Made by a program: the position numbers and the translations under genes
Origin: Heterodontus francisci
Taxonomy: Eukaryota
Reading direction: 5' to 3'
Assembly (NCBI RefSeq): GCF_036365525.1
Contig: NC_090375.1
Location: 101,688,922 to 101,752,921 of the forward strand
DNA: 64,000 nucleotides
Shown: one piece after another, positions 47,690 through 59,647 of the stretch
Numbering within the stretch: position 1 is the stretch's first letter
How the letters are laid out: each line of letters begins with the position of its first letter
The notes under the pieces: model-generated
The model's input: the letters and a program-made list of their open reading frames with translations, nothing else
What the model was told of the DNA's origin: nothing
The model's database searches: none

Positions 47690-48350
47690 GCAAGCTATTT
47701 GGTCTTTGTGCCAGTGCTAGTTCTTCCATTGGTGTTAACCACTTTAACACCCTTTCCATAGGCTTTGCCTAGACCATTTTACACTTCTCTTTACAAACAC
47801 TTATCGTACTCCCTTTTGAATGACTGATTTGCCAACCGATGGAAACAATCTTTTACAGTTTTCACTTTCAAAGCCATTTGTTACCTTGGAAACATTTATC
47901 AGATATACATTCAATCTCTTTGTTCCAGTGGGAAAAGCCTCAGTTTTTCAACCCTTTCTTTATAACCATAGCCCCTTATTTCTGGTATGATTTCAGTGAA
48001 TCTTCACTGCACCCTTTCCATTGTTCGAATACCATTTCTTTGATAGGATACCCAGTGCACTATGCAACCCATTATCTGGAGACTAACCAATGTCTTGGAC
48101 AAATTTAACAAAACTTCCCAGCCAATATGTCTTTATGTATACCACCAACACGCTAATGTTCCTCTTTTTGTCTTTTTCAACCTTTAATAATGTAGGTACT
48201 TGCAATCTAGAGTCTCCTGTTCCTTTGCTCTGATAAAATATATCATTTAGGTCATATTTCCTTCCACTGGTCTTTTCCCCAAATGTATTGCTTCACTATT
48301 TTCTGCGTTGAACTACATCTGCCACCTATCTACCCATTGCATGAACATGT
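47690..48350 (-). mobile_element. Very old CR1 3' relic
   Basis: Minus-strand remnants WQM*FNAENSEAIHLG and LEQWKGCSEDS, plus a CR1-like tail. Confidence 0.5.
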
Positions 48351-48489
48351 CTATAGCCTCCTGATCTCCCCCGTGAGATCTACATGCTCTCCTCAGCTGT
48401 GGCTTTGTGTTGTAGTCTTCTCACCCAACAGGCCTTCAGCCTGTCAATCAGGCTGCCTGTCAGGCTACCTAAAAGAAAAATTTAAGGAA

Positions 48490-49975
48490 GCACTGCAGGT
48501 AAAAAAACTGTTGGAAATGTAATATGTTTTGAGCAAGCAAAAGGGGGATGGTGGGAAGAAGAACAAAAGGGAAGGTCTGTGTTAGAGTGGAGGGCAGGAG
48601 AGATTAAATGATAAAAAGATTTCATGGCGCAAGGCCAAAGGGAGTAGTAATGGGACAAGTAAAGAAACAAAAGATGTGGCTCGAGGAGAAATTAATGACA
48701 GGATCCTGCATAGCTTCCATCGAAAGCAATGTCAAGGAAATAAGAGAGAAACAAGAGAAAAAAACAAATCAGTAAAGAAAACAGAAACAAAATGGAGTTA
48801 GAGGTTACGATTTGAAATTGTTGAACTCAATGTTGAGTCCAGAAGGAGGTAAAGTGCCCAGTCGAAAGATGAGGTGCTGTTCCTCAAACTTGTGTTGAGC
48901 TTCAATAGAACACTGCAGCAGGTCAAGGACAGAAATGTCACACTGGGAGCAAGATGGAAAATTAAAATGACAGGCGACTGGAAACTTGGGATCATGCTCA
49001 TGAACTGAACAGAGGTGTTCTGCAAAGCAGTCACCCTGTCTGCATTTGGTCTTCCCAGTGGAAAGAAGACACATCCTGAACAGTGGATACTGTTTACTAA
49101 ATTGAAAGAAGTACAGGTAAATCGCTGTTTCACCTGGAAGGAATGTTTGGGGCCTTGGATTGTGAAGATGGAGGAGATAAATAGCAGGTGTGGCATCTCC
49201 TGCACCTGCATGGAAAGGTGTCGTAGGAAAGGGGGGAAGTGTTAGGGGTAACTGAGGAGTGGACCAGGGTGCCACAGAGGGAATGGTTCCATCAGAATGC
49301 TGAAAGGGAAGGGTGGGAAAGATATAATAAAAGCAAAATACTGCAGATGCTGGAAATCTGAAATAAAAACAGCAAGTGATGGAAATATTCAGCAGGTTTG
49401 ATAGCATCTGTGGAGCGAGAAGCAGAGTTAACATTTCAGGCCTGTGATCTTTCATCAGAACTGGCAAAGGTTATAGGTGGGAAAAATATGTTTGGCGGTG
49501 GCATCATGCTAAAGGTGGCGAAATGGTTTGTTGAATCCAGAGGCCGGTGGGGTGAAAGGTGAGGACAAGGGGAACCCTATCATGGTTCTGGGAGGTAGGG
49601 GAAAAGGTGAAAGCAGATGTGCATGCAATGGGATGGACATGGTTGAGGGCCCTGCCAACCATGTTGGGGGTGGGAGAGAATTCTTTGGTTGAGGAAAAAG
49701 GAAGACATATTGGTAGCCCTAGTATGGAAGGCTGCATCGTCTGAACAGATGCGACAGAGATGGAGAAACTGGGAGAATGGAATAGAGTCCTTATAGGAAA
49801 TGGGGTGTGTGGAACTGTAGTTGTGGTAGCTGTGGGAATCAGTGGGCTTATAGCAAACATTTGTTGATAGCCTATCCCCAGAAATAGAGACAGAGAAGTC
49901 AAGGAAGGGAAGGGAAGAGTTGGAGATGGAGCCTGTGAAGACAGGAGAAGGGTGGAAATTGAAAACAATGGCTGG
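48490..49975 (-). mobile_element. Penelope-like retroelement (RT thumb + GIY-YIG endonuclease), frameshifted
   Basis: LPFLDFSV..YKPTDSHSY..SIPFSQFLHLCRICSD in ORF 49580..50053; FTCTSFNLV..IHCSGC, GKTKCRQGDCFAEH and GTLPPSGLN in ORFs 48798..49211 and 48805..49467. Confidence 0.9.
49426..49462 (-). ncRNA. Minimal type I hammerhead ribozyme motif in a Penelope terminal repeat
   Basis: Minus strand reads AGTT-CTGATGA-AAGATCACAGGCCT-GAAA-TG-TT-AACT: conserved core boxes, stem I AGTT/AACT, imperfect stem II. Confidence 0.65.
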
Positions 49976-50600
49976 GATTTTATCTGGATCTCTAACTTTG
50001 GCAAAAGTGCTGGTGAGAACCCTGTGTTGCCCCTTCTGTGAGAGGCCTGCCAAATCAAGTGCTAATTAGGCACTTAATTGGAGAGCAGAGGGCCTTCCAA
50101 TGGAAGCAAGGACCCCGGCGATGGATGTTCCGCCCTCTGAAAGATACTAGCCAATCAGAAGCTGGCAGCTCTTTAACTGAGCAGCGCCACTGCACAGGCA
50201 GTGACTGCTGCTGGTACAGCACCCACCTGAGGCCTAGAAGCGGTGCTGGACCCAGGCCACAGGTAGGTTAGGGTGGGAGGGGACTTGTGGGGGAGGGGAT
50301 GTGGGGGTCAGCAGCAAGGAAAGGGGGGTGGTTCTTAGCGGGCCCCCCACTTCCTGATGCTTGGTGCCTCATTAAGTGTCTTTTAATGAGGGAGATCCAC
50401 CCCTACCCACAGAGATGGCAAGCAACCAACACGGTGTTTCTTGCCATGCTTCCTGTGTAGCGACAGGCCCGTCCGCCGCTGGGCTAATTGCAGCGGTGGT
50501 GGGATGAAGCCCTTAATTGGGCATTAATTGCCCACTTAAGGGCCTCAATTTGTGATGGGGCAGGAAGGCCATTCACAGATGGAGTCTACCCCTCCACCAT
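49970..50600. mobile_element. Harbinger-type MITE, truncated by a CR1
   Basis: Starts GGCTGGGATTTTA; internal match to 13820-14100 and to the reverse complement of 10200-10600. Confidence 0.6.
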
Positions 50601-52122
50601 GGCTGCTGAGATAGTTATATGCATTGGTTTTACTTTTCCAAAATTCCCTAGATTCTGAAAAGGTCCCAACAGATTGGAAAATAGAGAATGTGACTCCTCT
50701 ATTCATGAAAGGAAGGAGACAGAAAGTATGAAACTACAGGCCAGTTAGCTTAACATCTGTCATAGGGAAAATGCTGGAATCTATTATTAAAGAAGTTATA
50801 GTGGAGCACTTAGAAAATGTCAATGTAACCAGGCAGAGTTAACATGGTTTAATGAAAGGGAAATCATGTTTGATTAATTTATTGGCGTTCTTTGAGGGAG
50901 TAACAAACAATGTGGATGAAGTAGAACCTGTGAATGTGCCCTACTTAAATTTCTGGAAGGCATTTGATAAGGTGCCACATCAAAGGTTACTAAGCAAAAT
51001 AAGAGTTCATGGCATTGGGGGTAACATATTAGAATGGATGAAGGATTGGTTATCTAGCAGGAAACAGAGAGTAGGCATGAATGGATCATTTTCAGGTTGG
51101 CAAGAAGTGAAGAGTGGAGTGCCACAGGGATCAGTGCTGGGACCTCAACTATTTACAATTTATATCTATGACCTGGATGAAGGGACCAAATGTATCATTG
51201 CTCGATTTGCTGATGACACAAAGATAGGCAGGAAAATCAGTTGTGAAGAGGACATAAGGAGTCTGCAAAGGGGTATAGATTGGTTAAGTGAGGGGGCAAA
51301 AATTTGGCAAATGGAGTTTAATGTGGGAAAACGTAAACTTATCCACTTTGGCAGGAAGAATAGTAAAGCAGCATATTATTTAAATGGAGAGAGATTGCAG
51401 AACTCTGAGGTACAGAGCGATCTGGGTGTCCTAGTACATAAATCACAAAAGGCTGGTGTGCAGAAACAGCAAATGATCAGGAAGGCAGATGGAATGTTGT
51501 CATTTATTGCAAGGGAATGGAATATAAAATTAGAGATGTTGTGCTACAGTTATATAGGGTATTGTTGAGACCACATCTGGAGTACTGTGTACAGTTTTGT
51601 CTCCTTATTTAAGAAAGTATGCAAATGTGTTCGACACACTTCGGAGAAGGTTCATTCAAGTGATACCTGGGATGGTGGGGTTACCTTATTAAGAAAAGTT
51701 GGACAGGTTGGATCTGTATCCATTGGAGTTTAGAAGAATGAAAGGTGATCTTATTGAAACATATAAGATCCTGAGGGGACTTGACAGGGTGGATGCTGAG
51801 AGGATGTTTCCCCTTATGGGAGAGACTAGAACTAGGGGACACAGTTTAAAAATAAGGGGTTGCCCATTTAAGACGGAGATGAGGAGAAATTTTTTCCCTC
51901 AGTGTTGTGAGTCTTTGGAACTCTCTTCCCCAGAGAGCGGTAGAGCTAGAGGTAAATAAATTCTAGACTAACAAGGGAGTCAAAGGGTATCAGGGCTAGG
52001 CGGGAAAGTGGAATTGAGGCCACAATCAGACCAGTCATGATCTTATTAAATGGCAGAACATTATACTCCATTGAAAGGGCAAAATGGCCTACTCCTGCTC
52101 CTAATTCGTATGTTTGTATGTA
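50600..52122 (+). mobile_element. 5'-truncated CR1 (RT domain), decayed
   Basis: ORF 50852..51568 (QGSVLGP, FADDTK) and ORF 51699..51959; tail TTCGTATGTTTGTATG. Confidence 0.92.
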
Positions 52123-52556
52123 TGCCCTTTCTACTGATTTCACATTCATCCTAAGTCACATATAAGGCTATAAACTTAGTATTATGTGATGCACTCGCTT
52201 TGCTGGCATGCATCAGGTTATTAATCCTTTTATGTCACTGCAGTCACATGCAAGGAACAACCCTATGGCTACTGAACTCCTCAGCGATCTCCATCCACAC
52301 TTGCTTTCTTTATCGGGCCAGTCTCATTCTCCCATCCCAGAGGAACAGGACCTCCTTCCTAGCCCAAGCAGCCTGAAGGAGTACCTGCAGGGAGGCATCC
52401 GTGAACCGTGGGGCCACCCTTGATCTCCCTTCTGCAATTTCTGGATGCATCTCGGTTGCCTGGGCTCCTTCTCCGGTCTCTCCAGGGCTGCAACTTTTGC
52501 TCTACTACTGGCTGCCATTTAACTATAGCGCCAGCTGTTACCTCCTGATAACCGAC

Positions 52557-52660
52557 TGTTAACTCCGTTTCTCTCTCTGCCAGACCTGTTGAGTATTTCC
52601 AGCATTTTCTGTTTTTAATTTCATATTTCCAGCATCTGCAGTAATTAGCTTTTGTATTAG
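52557..52660 (+). repeat. Penelope terminal-repeat fragment (single arm)
   Basis: GTTAACTCCGTTTCTCTCT...TTCCAGCATCTGCAGTA matches 55131-55238. Confidence 0.7.
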
Positions 52661-52990
52661 GTAGCAGTGGCACTGGGGAAAGTGGTCTAGTTGGAGCTGG
52701 TTTTTGTCAGCCAATGCTGATACCTGGATCTGGTAGCAAACAAGCAGAATGCTAAAAGCCATGGAGCACACAACGAGTATCAGACATATAATGACCTGAT
52801 TCCAGCTTAATGCTTGGCCATTGTAGTTGGGGGTGCAGGGAAGGGTGGAGGATGGAGGTGGATATGGTGCTAATGCTTCTCCATTGTCCAGTACCCTTTA
52901 TGATGGCCAGATTGTGCTCAGCAGTTAAACATTTGTTCTATAAGTAAGAGTTTATGGAAGTTATATAGCACAACTGCAAGCTGATGTATT

Positions 52991-53732
52991 GGGCTGAATT
53001 TTACCGGTCCCAAGTGGTGGGAATGAAGGCAGGGAGTCAGTAAAACAGCGGGGAGCCATGTCGGGACAGCTTCCTGTTTCTGTCCCACCACTGGGGGAGT
53101 TTCCCAGCAGCAGGCAGGATGCAGATTGGCTATCCACTCCACAAAGGCAGGCAGCCAATTTTCGTAATTAAGGGCTCAATTACAGGCCATTTTATATGGT
53201 CGCTGGCATTTTTTCCAACAGCAGAGTGGCCCTCCGCCACGTGTGGAAGCTGCCAGTCTCTTGGTAGCGACATCCCTGTGGCAGCCTGGGTGGGGGGCCA
53301 TCAGAGCTAGAGGCTCCATGACCCAAAGATGGGGCTGTGGGCACGAAAGGCAACTCCCACGGTCATGATGATGGCTCCTGAGGGGTTTCCACTCCATTCT
53401 CGCGGGGGCTACTTCCCTCGACCCCCTAAATTTTAAATACCTATCCAAGGGCGCCCCCATTTTGAGGTGCCCGAGGTTGCTGACCTGCCTCAGCAGCCCC
53501 CACCTGTCTCAGTGAGGCTGCTGAGGCTTTAGACCTGTCAGTCCTCTGATTGGTCTGGCAGCATCAGGAGTCCACCCGCCTTCCCTAATTGGATGGTGGG
53601 CCCACAAGCAGCCAATTAGGAGGCTGCCTGTGATAAAATCGCCGAGCCGGTCCCACTGCCAGCAAGTGCGGGCCTGGGGCTCACTTTTCACCCCAACATC
53701 GAGGTCCTGAAGCCCGCATTAAAATTCAGACC
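52991..53732. mobile_element. Harbinger-type MITE
   Basis: TIRs GGGCTGAATTTTA / TAAAATTCAGACC (12 of 13 match); 3-bp flanks ATT / AAT. Confidence 0.75.
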
Positions 53733-54176
53733 AATGGGGGGAGTTTTAACATGGAATAATATGTGGGTTTGTGTACACATGGACGATTAAAACCAGGGAA
53801 ATGGCAGTGTGTCGGGAAACTAGCTCCAACCTGCTGACTTCTGCACTTCCCTCCAGTGTGTGTTAGGCTGCATGTCTGCAGTCCCCTCAGGAGAGAAAGG
53901 TTAGCAATTAACTATATTAATCACTCAATTACAGAGATATTTACAGACTTTTGGCATAACATTGAGTCAATGAGTTTTCCAGTTTTCCTGAAACTCACCA
54001 GTGAAAACAAGGAAAGAACACCACGACAAATGAGGGGTCAAACTATCTCATGGAAATATGGCAATAAAAACTTGGGACTCACAGCTGCTTTCTTACCGCT
54101 TGTGAGAAAGAGTACTCACAGTACTTTAGTTGAGTGTTAACTTTTTGCACTTTGGAGGTTTGTTTTAACACATCAG

Positions 54177-55010
54177 GATGAGTGGAGCTTTAGCTGCCTT
54201 AGGTTGGAGCTCAGATGAGGAGCAACATGACCAGCCCTAGCACCAGCAGCAGCAGAGGGCTGCTGGTCACACAACGGTAGTTGCACAGGAGAGAGGAGAG
54301 CAGAAGATAGGGGAGCAACAGAGCCAGCAGCAGGGGGCTGCAGCTCACTGGAGATGCTATCCAGGAAACAGAGTGTACAGGCTGATGCTCGCTTTCCTTA
54401 ACACAACTGAACAGCAGTGTCTCTGGAGACTCAGGTTCTCAGTTCATGTGGTGGCAGACACTGCAGCCTCCTAGAAGAAGACTGCTCCCTGCTGGACCTG
54501 GTGATCACGAGTTACCAGTGGCTGTCAAAGCCGCTGCCACCCTTGACTTCTTTGCTTCCTGATCCTTCCGGAGCTCTGTCGGAGAAATATCCAGGATCTG
54601 CCAGTCAGCTGATGGTGGTTTGCCAGAGCCCGCAATTATGTCAACGCTACCTGCGATGGCACCAGTCAGAAGGAGCAGGTGCTCAGGTTTATGTCTTTGT
54701 ATGTGCAGTGAGAAGCCAGCCAGTCAGTGCACCTCCAGATCACACAGGAGTATTCATGAATCACAAGTGCTTCCATTCCTTCAATGTGCAGCTGGTGTTC
54801 AATCACACAAAGATATTCCTGCAGGTATGGGCAAGATTCCTGCACCAGAATCATAGTGGTTTGTACAGCAATGCACAGGTGCGAGGTTTGGTCTGCAGGA
54901 GGAAGAAAATGCAGAGCTCAGATCCTCCATGGATGATTTGAAGGCGGAGGAGGATGACGAGAAGAAAAAAGAAGCTGAGAACAATGCAACACCAGCTCCT
55001 CACATTGCTG
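54177..55010 (+). pseudogene. Harbinger transposase remnant with an internal deletion
   Basis: FMNHKCFHSFNVQLVFNHTKIFLQVWARF in ORF 54417..54941; LPVAVKAAATLDFFAS in an alternate frame; acidic tail. Confidence 0.8.
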
Positions 55011-55019
55011 TCTGGAATT

Positions 55020-55240
55020 AATAATAATAAAAACAGAAAATGCTGGAAGTACTCAGCAAGTCTGGCAGCATCTGTGGATAGAGTAACAGAGTTAATGTTT
55101 CACATTGATAAAGGGTCATCTACCTGAAACGTTAACTCTGTTTCTCTCTCCACAGATACTGCCATACCTGCTGAGTATTTCCCCCATTTTCTGTTTTGAT
55201 TTCAGAGTTCCAGCACCCACAGTATTTTGCTTTTGTATTA
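55020..55240. repeat. Fold-back Penelope terminal repeat with a degenerate hammerhead in the loop
   Basis: Inverted arms 55030-55102 and 55125-55197; the loop and right arm read TTGATAA-AGGGTCATCTACCT-GAAACGTT-AACT. Confidence 0.8.
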
Positions 55241-55798
55241 ATGCCCTTATTAATGAAGGGTTCATTTAGTTTGCACTGGTGGACTCATGTCACAAGCACA
55301 TGCAACGGCCACTCTTCCTACCCACCTCCTCCCCACCCCCGCAAACCCAATGCCATTGCCACAAACCAGTCCTGCAAACAACCATACGCACATACGAATT
55401 AGGAGCAGGAGTAGGCCACTCAGCCATTCGAGCCTGCTCCGCCATTCAGTAAGTTCATGGCTGAACTGATTACTCCACATTTCTAACTACCCCCAATAAC
55501 CTTCCACCCCCTTGCTTATCGAGAATCCATCTACCACTGCCTTAAAAATATTCAAAGACTCTGCTTCCACCGCCTTTTGAGGACAAGAATTCCAAAGACT
55601 CACGACCCTCGGAGAGAAAAAATTTCTCCTCATTTCTGTCTTAAATGGGCGACCCCTTATTTTTAAACAGTGACCCTTAGTTCTAGATTCTCCCACAAGG
55701 GAAAACATCCTTTCCACATGCACCCTGTCAAGACCCCTCAAGATCTTATATGTTTCAACCAATCGCTTCTTACTCTTCAAAATTCCAAAAGATACAAG

Positions 55799-58700
55799 TC
55801 GCAAGTGAAATAAATGAAGGGGAACTAGTAAATAAGGCCAGTAAGACTAAGAGGAAGAGCAGGCAGGGAGATGTTGCTGAGCACAGCGGGACTGGTGGTC
55901 TGAAGTGCATTTGTTTCAATGCGAGAAGTATAACAGGTAAGGCAGATGAACTTAGAGCTTGGATTAGTACTTGGAACTATGATGTTGTTGCTATTACAGA
56001 GACTTGGTTGAGGGAAGGACAGGATTGGCAGCTAAATGTTCCAGGATTTAGAAGCTTCAGGTGGGATAGAGGGGGATGTAAAAGGGGTGGGGGAGTTGCA
56101 TTACTGGTTAAGGAGAATATCACAGCTATACTGCGGGAGGACACCTCGGAGGGGTCATGCAGCGAGGCAATATGGGTGTAGCTCAGGAATAGGAAGGGTG
56201 CAGTCACGATGTTGGGGGTTTACTACAGGCCTCCCAACAGCCAGCGGGAGGTAGAGGAGCAGATATGTAGACAGATTTTCGAAAGATGTAAATGTAACAG
56301 GGTTGTAGTGGTGGGTGATTTTAACTTCCCCTATATTGACTGGGACTCACTTAGTGCTAGGGGCAGAATTTGTAAGGAGCATCCAGGAGGGCTTCTTGAA
56401 ACAATACGTAGATAGTCCAACTAGGGATGGGGCCGTACTGGACCTGGTATTGGGGAATGAGCCCGGCCAGGTGGTCGAAGTTTCAGTAGGGGAGCATTTC
56501 GGGAACAGTGACCATAATTCCATAAGTTTTAAGGTACTTGTGGATAAGGATAAGAGTAGTCCTCGGGTGAAGGTGCTAAATTGGGGGAAGGCTAATTATA
56601 ACAATATTAGGCGGGAACTGAAGAATTTAGATTGGGGGCGGCTGTTTGAGGATAAATCAACATCTGACATGTGGGAGTCTTTCAAACGTCAGTTGATTAG
56701 AATTCAGGACCAGCATGTTCCTGTGAGGAAGAAGGATAAGTTTGGCAAGTTTCAGGAACCTTGGATAACGCGGGATATTGTGAGCCTCGTCAAAAAGAAA
56801 AAGGAAGCATTCGTAAGGGCTGGAAGGCTAGGAACAGACGAATCCCTTGAGGAATATAAAGACAGTAGGAAGAAACTTAAGCAAGGAGTCAGGAGGGCTA
56901 AAAGGGGTTATGAGAAGTCATTGGCAAACAGGATTAAGTAAAATCCCAAGGCTTTTTATACGTATATAAAGAGCAAGAGGGTAACCAGGGAAAGGGTTGG
57001 CCACTCTAGAACAGAGAAGGGAATCTATGTGTGGGGCCAGAGGAAATGGGCGAGGTACGAAATGAGTACTTTGCATCAGTATTCACCAAGGAGAAGGACT
57101 TGGTGGATGATGAGCCTAGGGAAGGGAGTGTAGATAGTCTCAGTCATCTCATCATCAAAAAGGAGGAGGTGTTTGGGTGTCTTGCAAAGCATTAAGATAG
57201 ATAAGTCCCCAGGGCCTGATGGGATCTACCCCAGAATACTGAGGGAGGCAAGGGAAGAAATTGCTGGGGCCTTGACAGAAATCTTTGCATCCTCATTGGC
57301 TACAGGTGAGGTCCCAGAGGACTGGAGAACAGCCAATGTTGTTCCTTTGTTTAAGAAGGGTAGCAAGGATAATCTAGGAAATTATAGGCCGGTGAGCCTT
57401 ACATCAGTGGTAGGGAAATTATTAGAGAGGATTCTTCGGGACAGGATTTACTCCCATTTGGAAAAAAACAAACTTATTAGCGAGAGGCAGCATGGTTTTG
57501 TGAAGGGGAGGTCGTCTCTCACTAATTTGATTGAGTTTTTTGAGAAAGTGACAAAGATGATTGATGAAGGAAGGGCAGTGGATGTTATCTATATGGACTT
57601 CAGTAAAGCCTTTGACAAGGTCCCTCATGGCAGACTGATACAAAAGGTGAAATCACATGGGATCAGAGGGGAGCTGGCGAGATGGATACAGAACTGGCTC
57701 GGTCATAGAAGACAGAGGGTAGCAGTGGAAGGGTGCTTTTCTGAATGGAGGGATGTGACTAGTGGTGTTCTGCAGGGATCAGTGCTTGGACCTTTGCTGT
57801 TTGTAGTAAATATAAATGATTTGGAGGAAAATGTAGCTGGTCTGATTAGTAAGTTTGCGGACGACACAAAGGTTGGTGGAGTTGCGGACAGTGATGAGGA
57901 TTGTCAGAGGATACAGCAGGATATAGATCGGTTGGAGACTTGGGCGGAGAAATGGCAGATGGAGTTTAATTCGGACAAATGTGAGGTAATGCATTTTGGA
58001 AGGTCAAATGCAGGTGGGAAGTATACAGTAAATGGCAGAACCCTCAGGAGTATTTGGCGGCACAGTGGCGCAGTGGTTAGCACCGCAGCCTCACAGCTCC
58101 AGCGACCCGGGTTCAATTCTGGGTACTGCCTGTGTGGAGTTTGCAAGTTCTCCCTGTGTCTGCGTGGGTTTCCTCCGGGTGCTCCGGTTTCCTCCCACAT
58201 GCCAAAGACTTGCAGGTTGATAAGTTAATTGGCCATTATAAATTGCCCCTAGTATAGGTAGGTGGTAGGGAAATATAGGGACACGTGGGGATGTGGTAGG
58301 AATATGGGATTAGTGTAGGATTAGTATAAATGGGTGGTTGATGGTCGGCACAGACTCGGTGGGCCGAAGGGCCTGTTTCAGTGCTGTATCTCTAAACAAA
58401 AATTGACAGGCAGAGAGATCTGGGCGTACAGGTCCACAGGTCACTGAAAGTGGCAACGCAGGTGGATAAGGTAGTCAAGAAGGCATACGGCATGCTTGCC
58501 TTCATCGGTCGGGGCATAGAGTATAAAAATAGGTAGGTCATGCTGCAGCTTAACAGAACTTTAGTTAGGCCGCACTTAGAATATTGCGTGCAATTCTGGT
58601 CGCCACACTACCAGAAGTACGTGGAGGCTTTGGAGAGGGTACAGAAGAGGTTTACCAGGATGTTGCCTGGTTTGGAGGGCATTAGCTATGAGGAGAGGTT

Positions 58701-59127
58701 TGATAAACTCAGATTGTTTTCACTGAAACAACGGAGGTGGAGGGGCAACATGATAGAGGTTTACAAAGTTATAAGCAGCATGGACAGAGTGGATAGTCAG
58801 AAGCTTTTTCCCAGGGTGGAAGAGTCAGTTACTAGGGGACGTAGGTTTAAGGTGAGAGGGGCAAAGTTTAGAGGGGATGTGCGAGGCAAGTTCTTTACAC
58901 AGAGGATGGTGAGTGCCTGGAACTTGTTGCCAGGGGAGGTGATGGAAGCAGGTACCATAGAGACGTTTAAGAGGCATCTTGCCAAATACATGAATAGGAT
59001 GGGAATAGAGGGATACAGACCCCGGAAGTGCAGAAGGTTTTAGTTTAGGCAGGCATCAAGATCGGCGCAGACTTGGAGGGCCGAATCGCCTGTTCCTGTG
59101 CTGTACTGTTCTTTGTTCTTGTTCTTT
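55799..59127 (+). mobile_element. CR1 with almost complete ORF2 (APE + RT), several stops and frameshifts, TTCTTTG tail
   Basis: ORFs 55750..56181, 56315..56941, 57173..58228 and 58540..59043; related to the 21815-26125 family. Confidence 0.94.
58056..58401 (+). mobile_element. HE1-type V-SINE inserted in the CR1 RT region
   Basis: Same sequence as the 15516 SINE; it splits the host sequence AGGAGTATT|GACAGG. Confidence 0.93.
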
Positions 59128-59647
59128 GTACAGAAAGGATGTAACTGCACTAGAGCGTGTACAGAGGAGATTTATTTGGATGTTGCCAGAACTGGAAAAA
59201 TGGAGCTCTGAGGAAAGATTGGATAGGCTTGGGTTGTTCTCTTTGGAGCAGTGAAGGCTGAGTGGAGATCTGATTGAAATGTACAGAATTTTGAGGGGCC
59301 TGGATAGAGTGGAGGTGAAGGGTCTATTCATCTTAACAGAGAGGTCAATGACATGGAGCCATATATTTAAAGTGATTGGTAGAAACATTAAAGGGGAGGT
59401 GAGGAATGTGTTTTCACCCAGAGGGTGTTGTGGGGCTGGAACTCACTGCCTGAAAGGGTAGTTGAGTCAGAGACCCTCAACTAATTCAAAAGTACTCTGG
59501 ATATGCACCTCAAGTGCCATAAACTGTAGAGTTCCGGACCAAATCCTCAAGGTGGGATTAGAATAGGTGGATCATTTTTTGGCTAGGACAGACATGATGG
59601 GCTAAATGGCCTCTTTAATTGCCTTAAACTTTCTATAGTTCTATGAA
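59128..59647 (+). mobile_element. CR1 3' fragment (family of 18523-19673)
   Basis: ORF 59279..59461 (MYRILRGLDRVEVKGLF); tail TTCTATAGTTCTATGA. Confidence 0.85.

Noticed and set aside
52320-52556. GC-rich stretch with short minus-strand ORFs
   Set aside because: No identifiable domain or splice structure; probably a decayed repeat and cannot be classified.
57173-58228. 351-aa RT ORF with a novel C-terminus
   Set aside because: The C-terminus is read-through into the inserted HE1 SINE.
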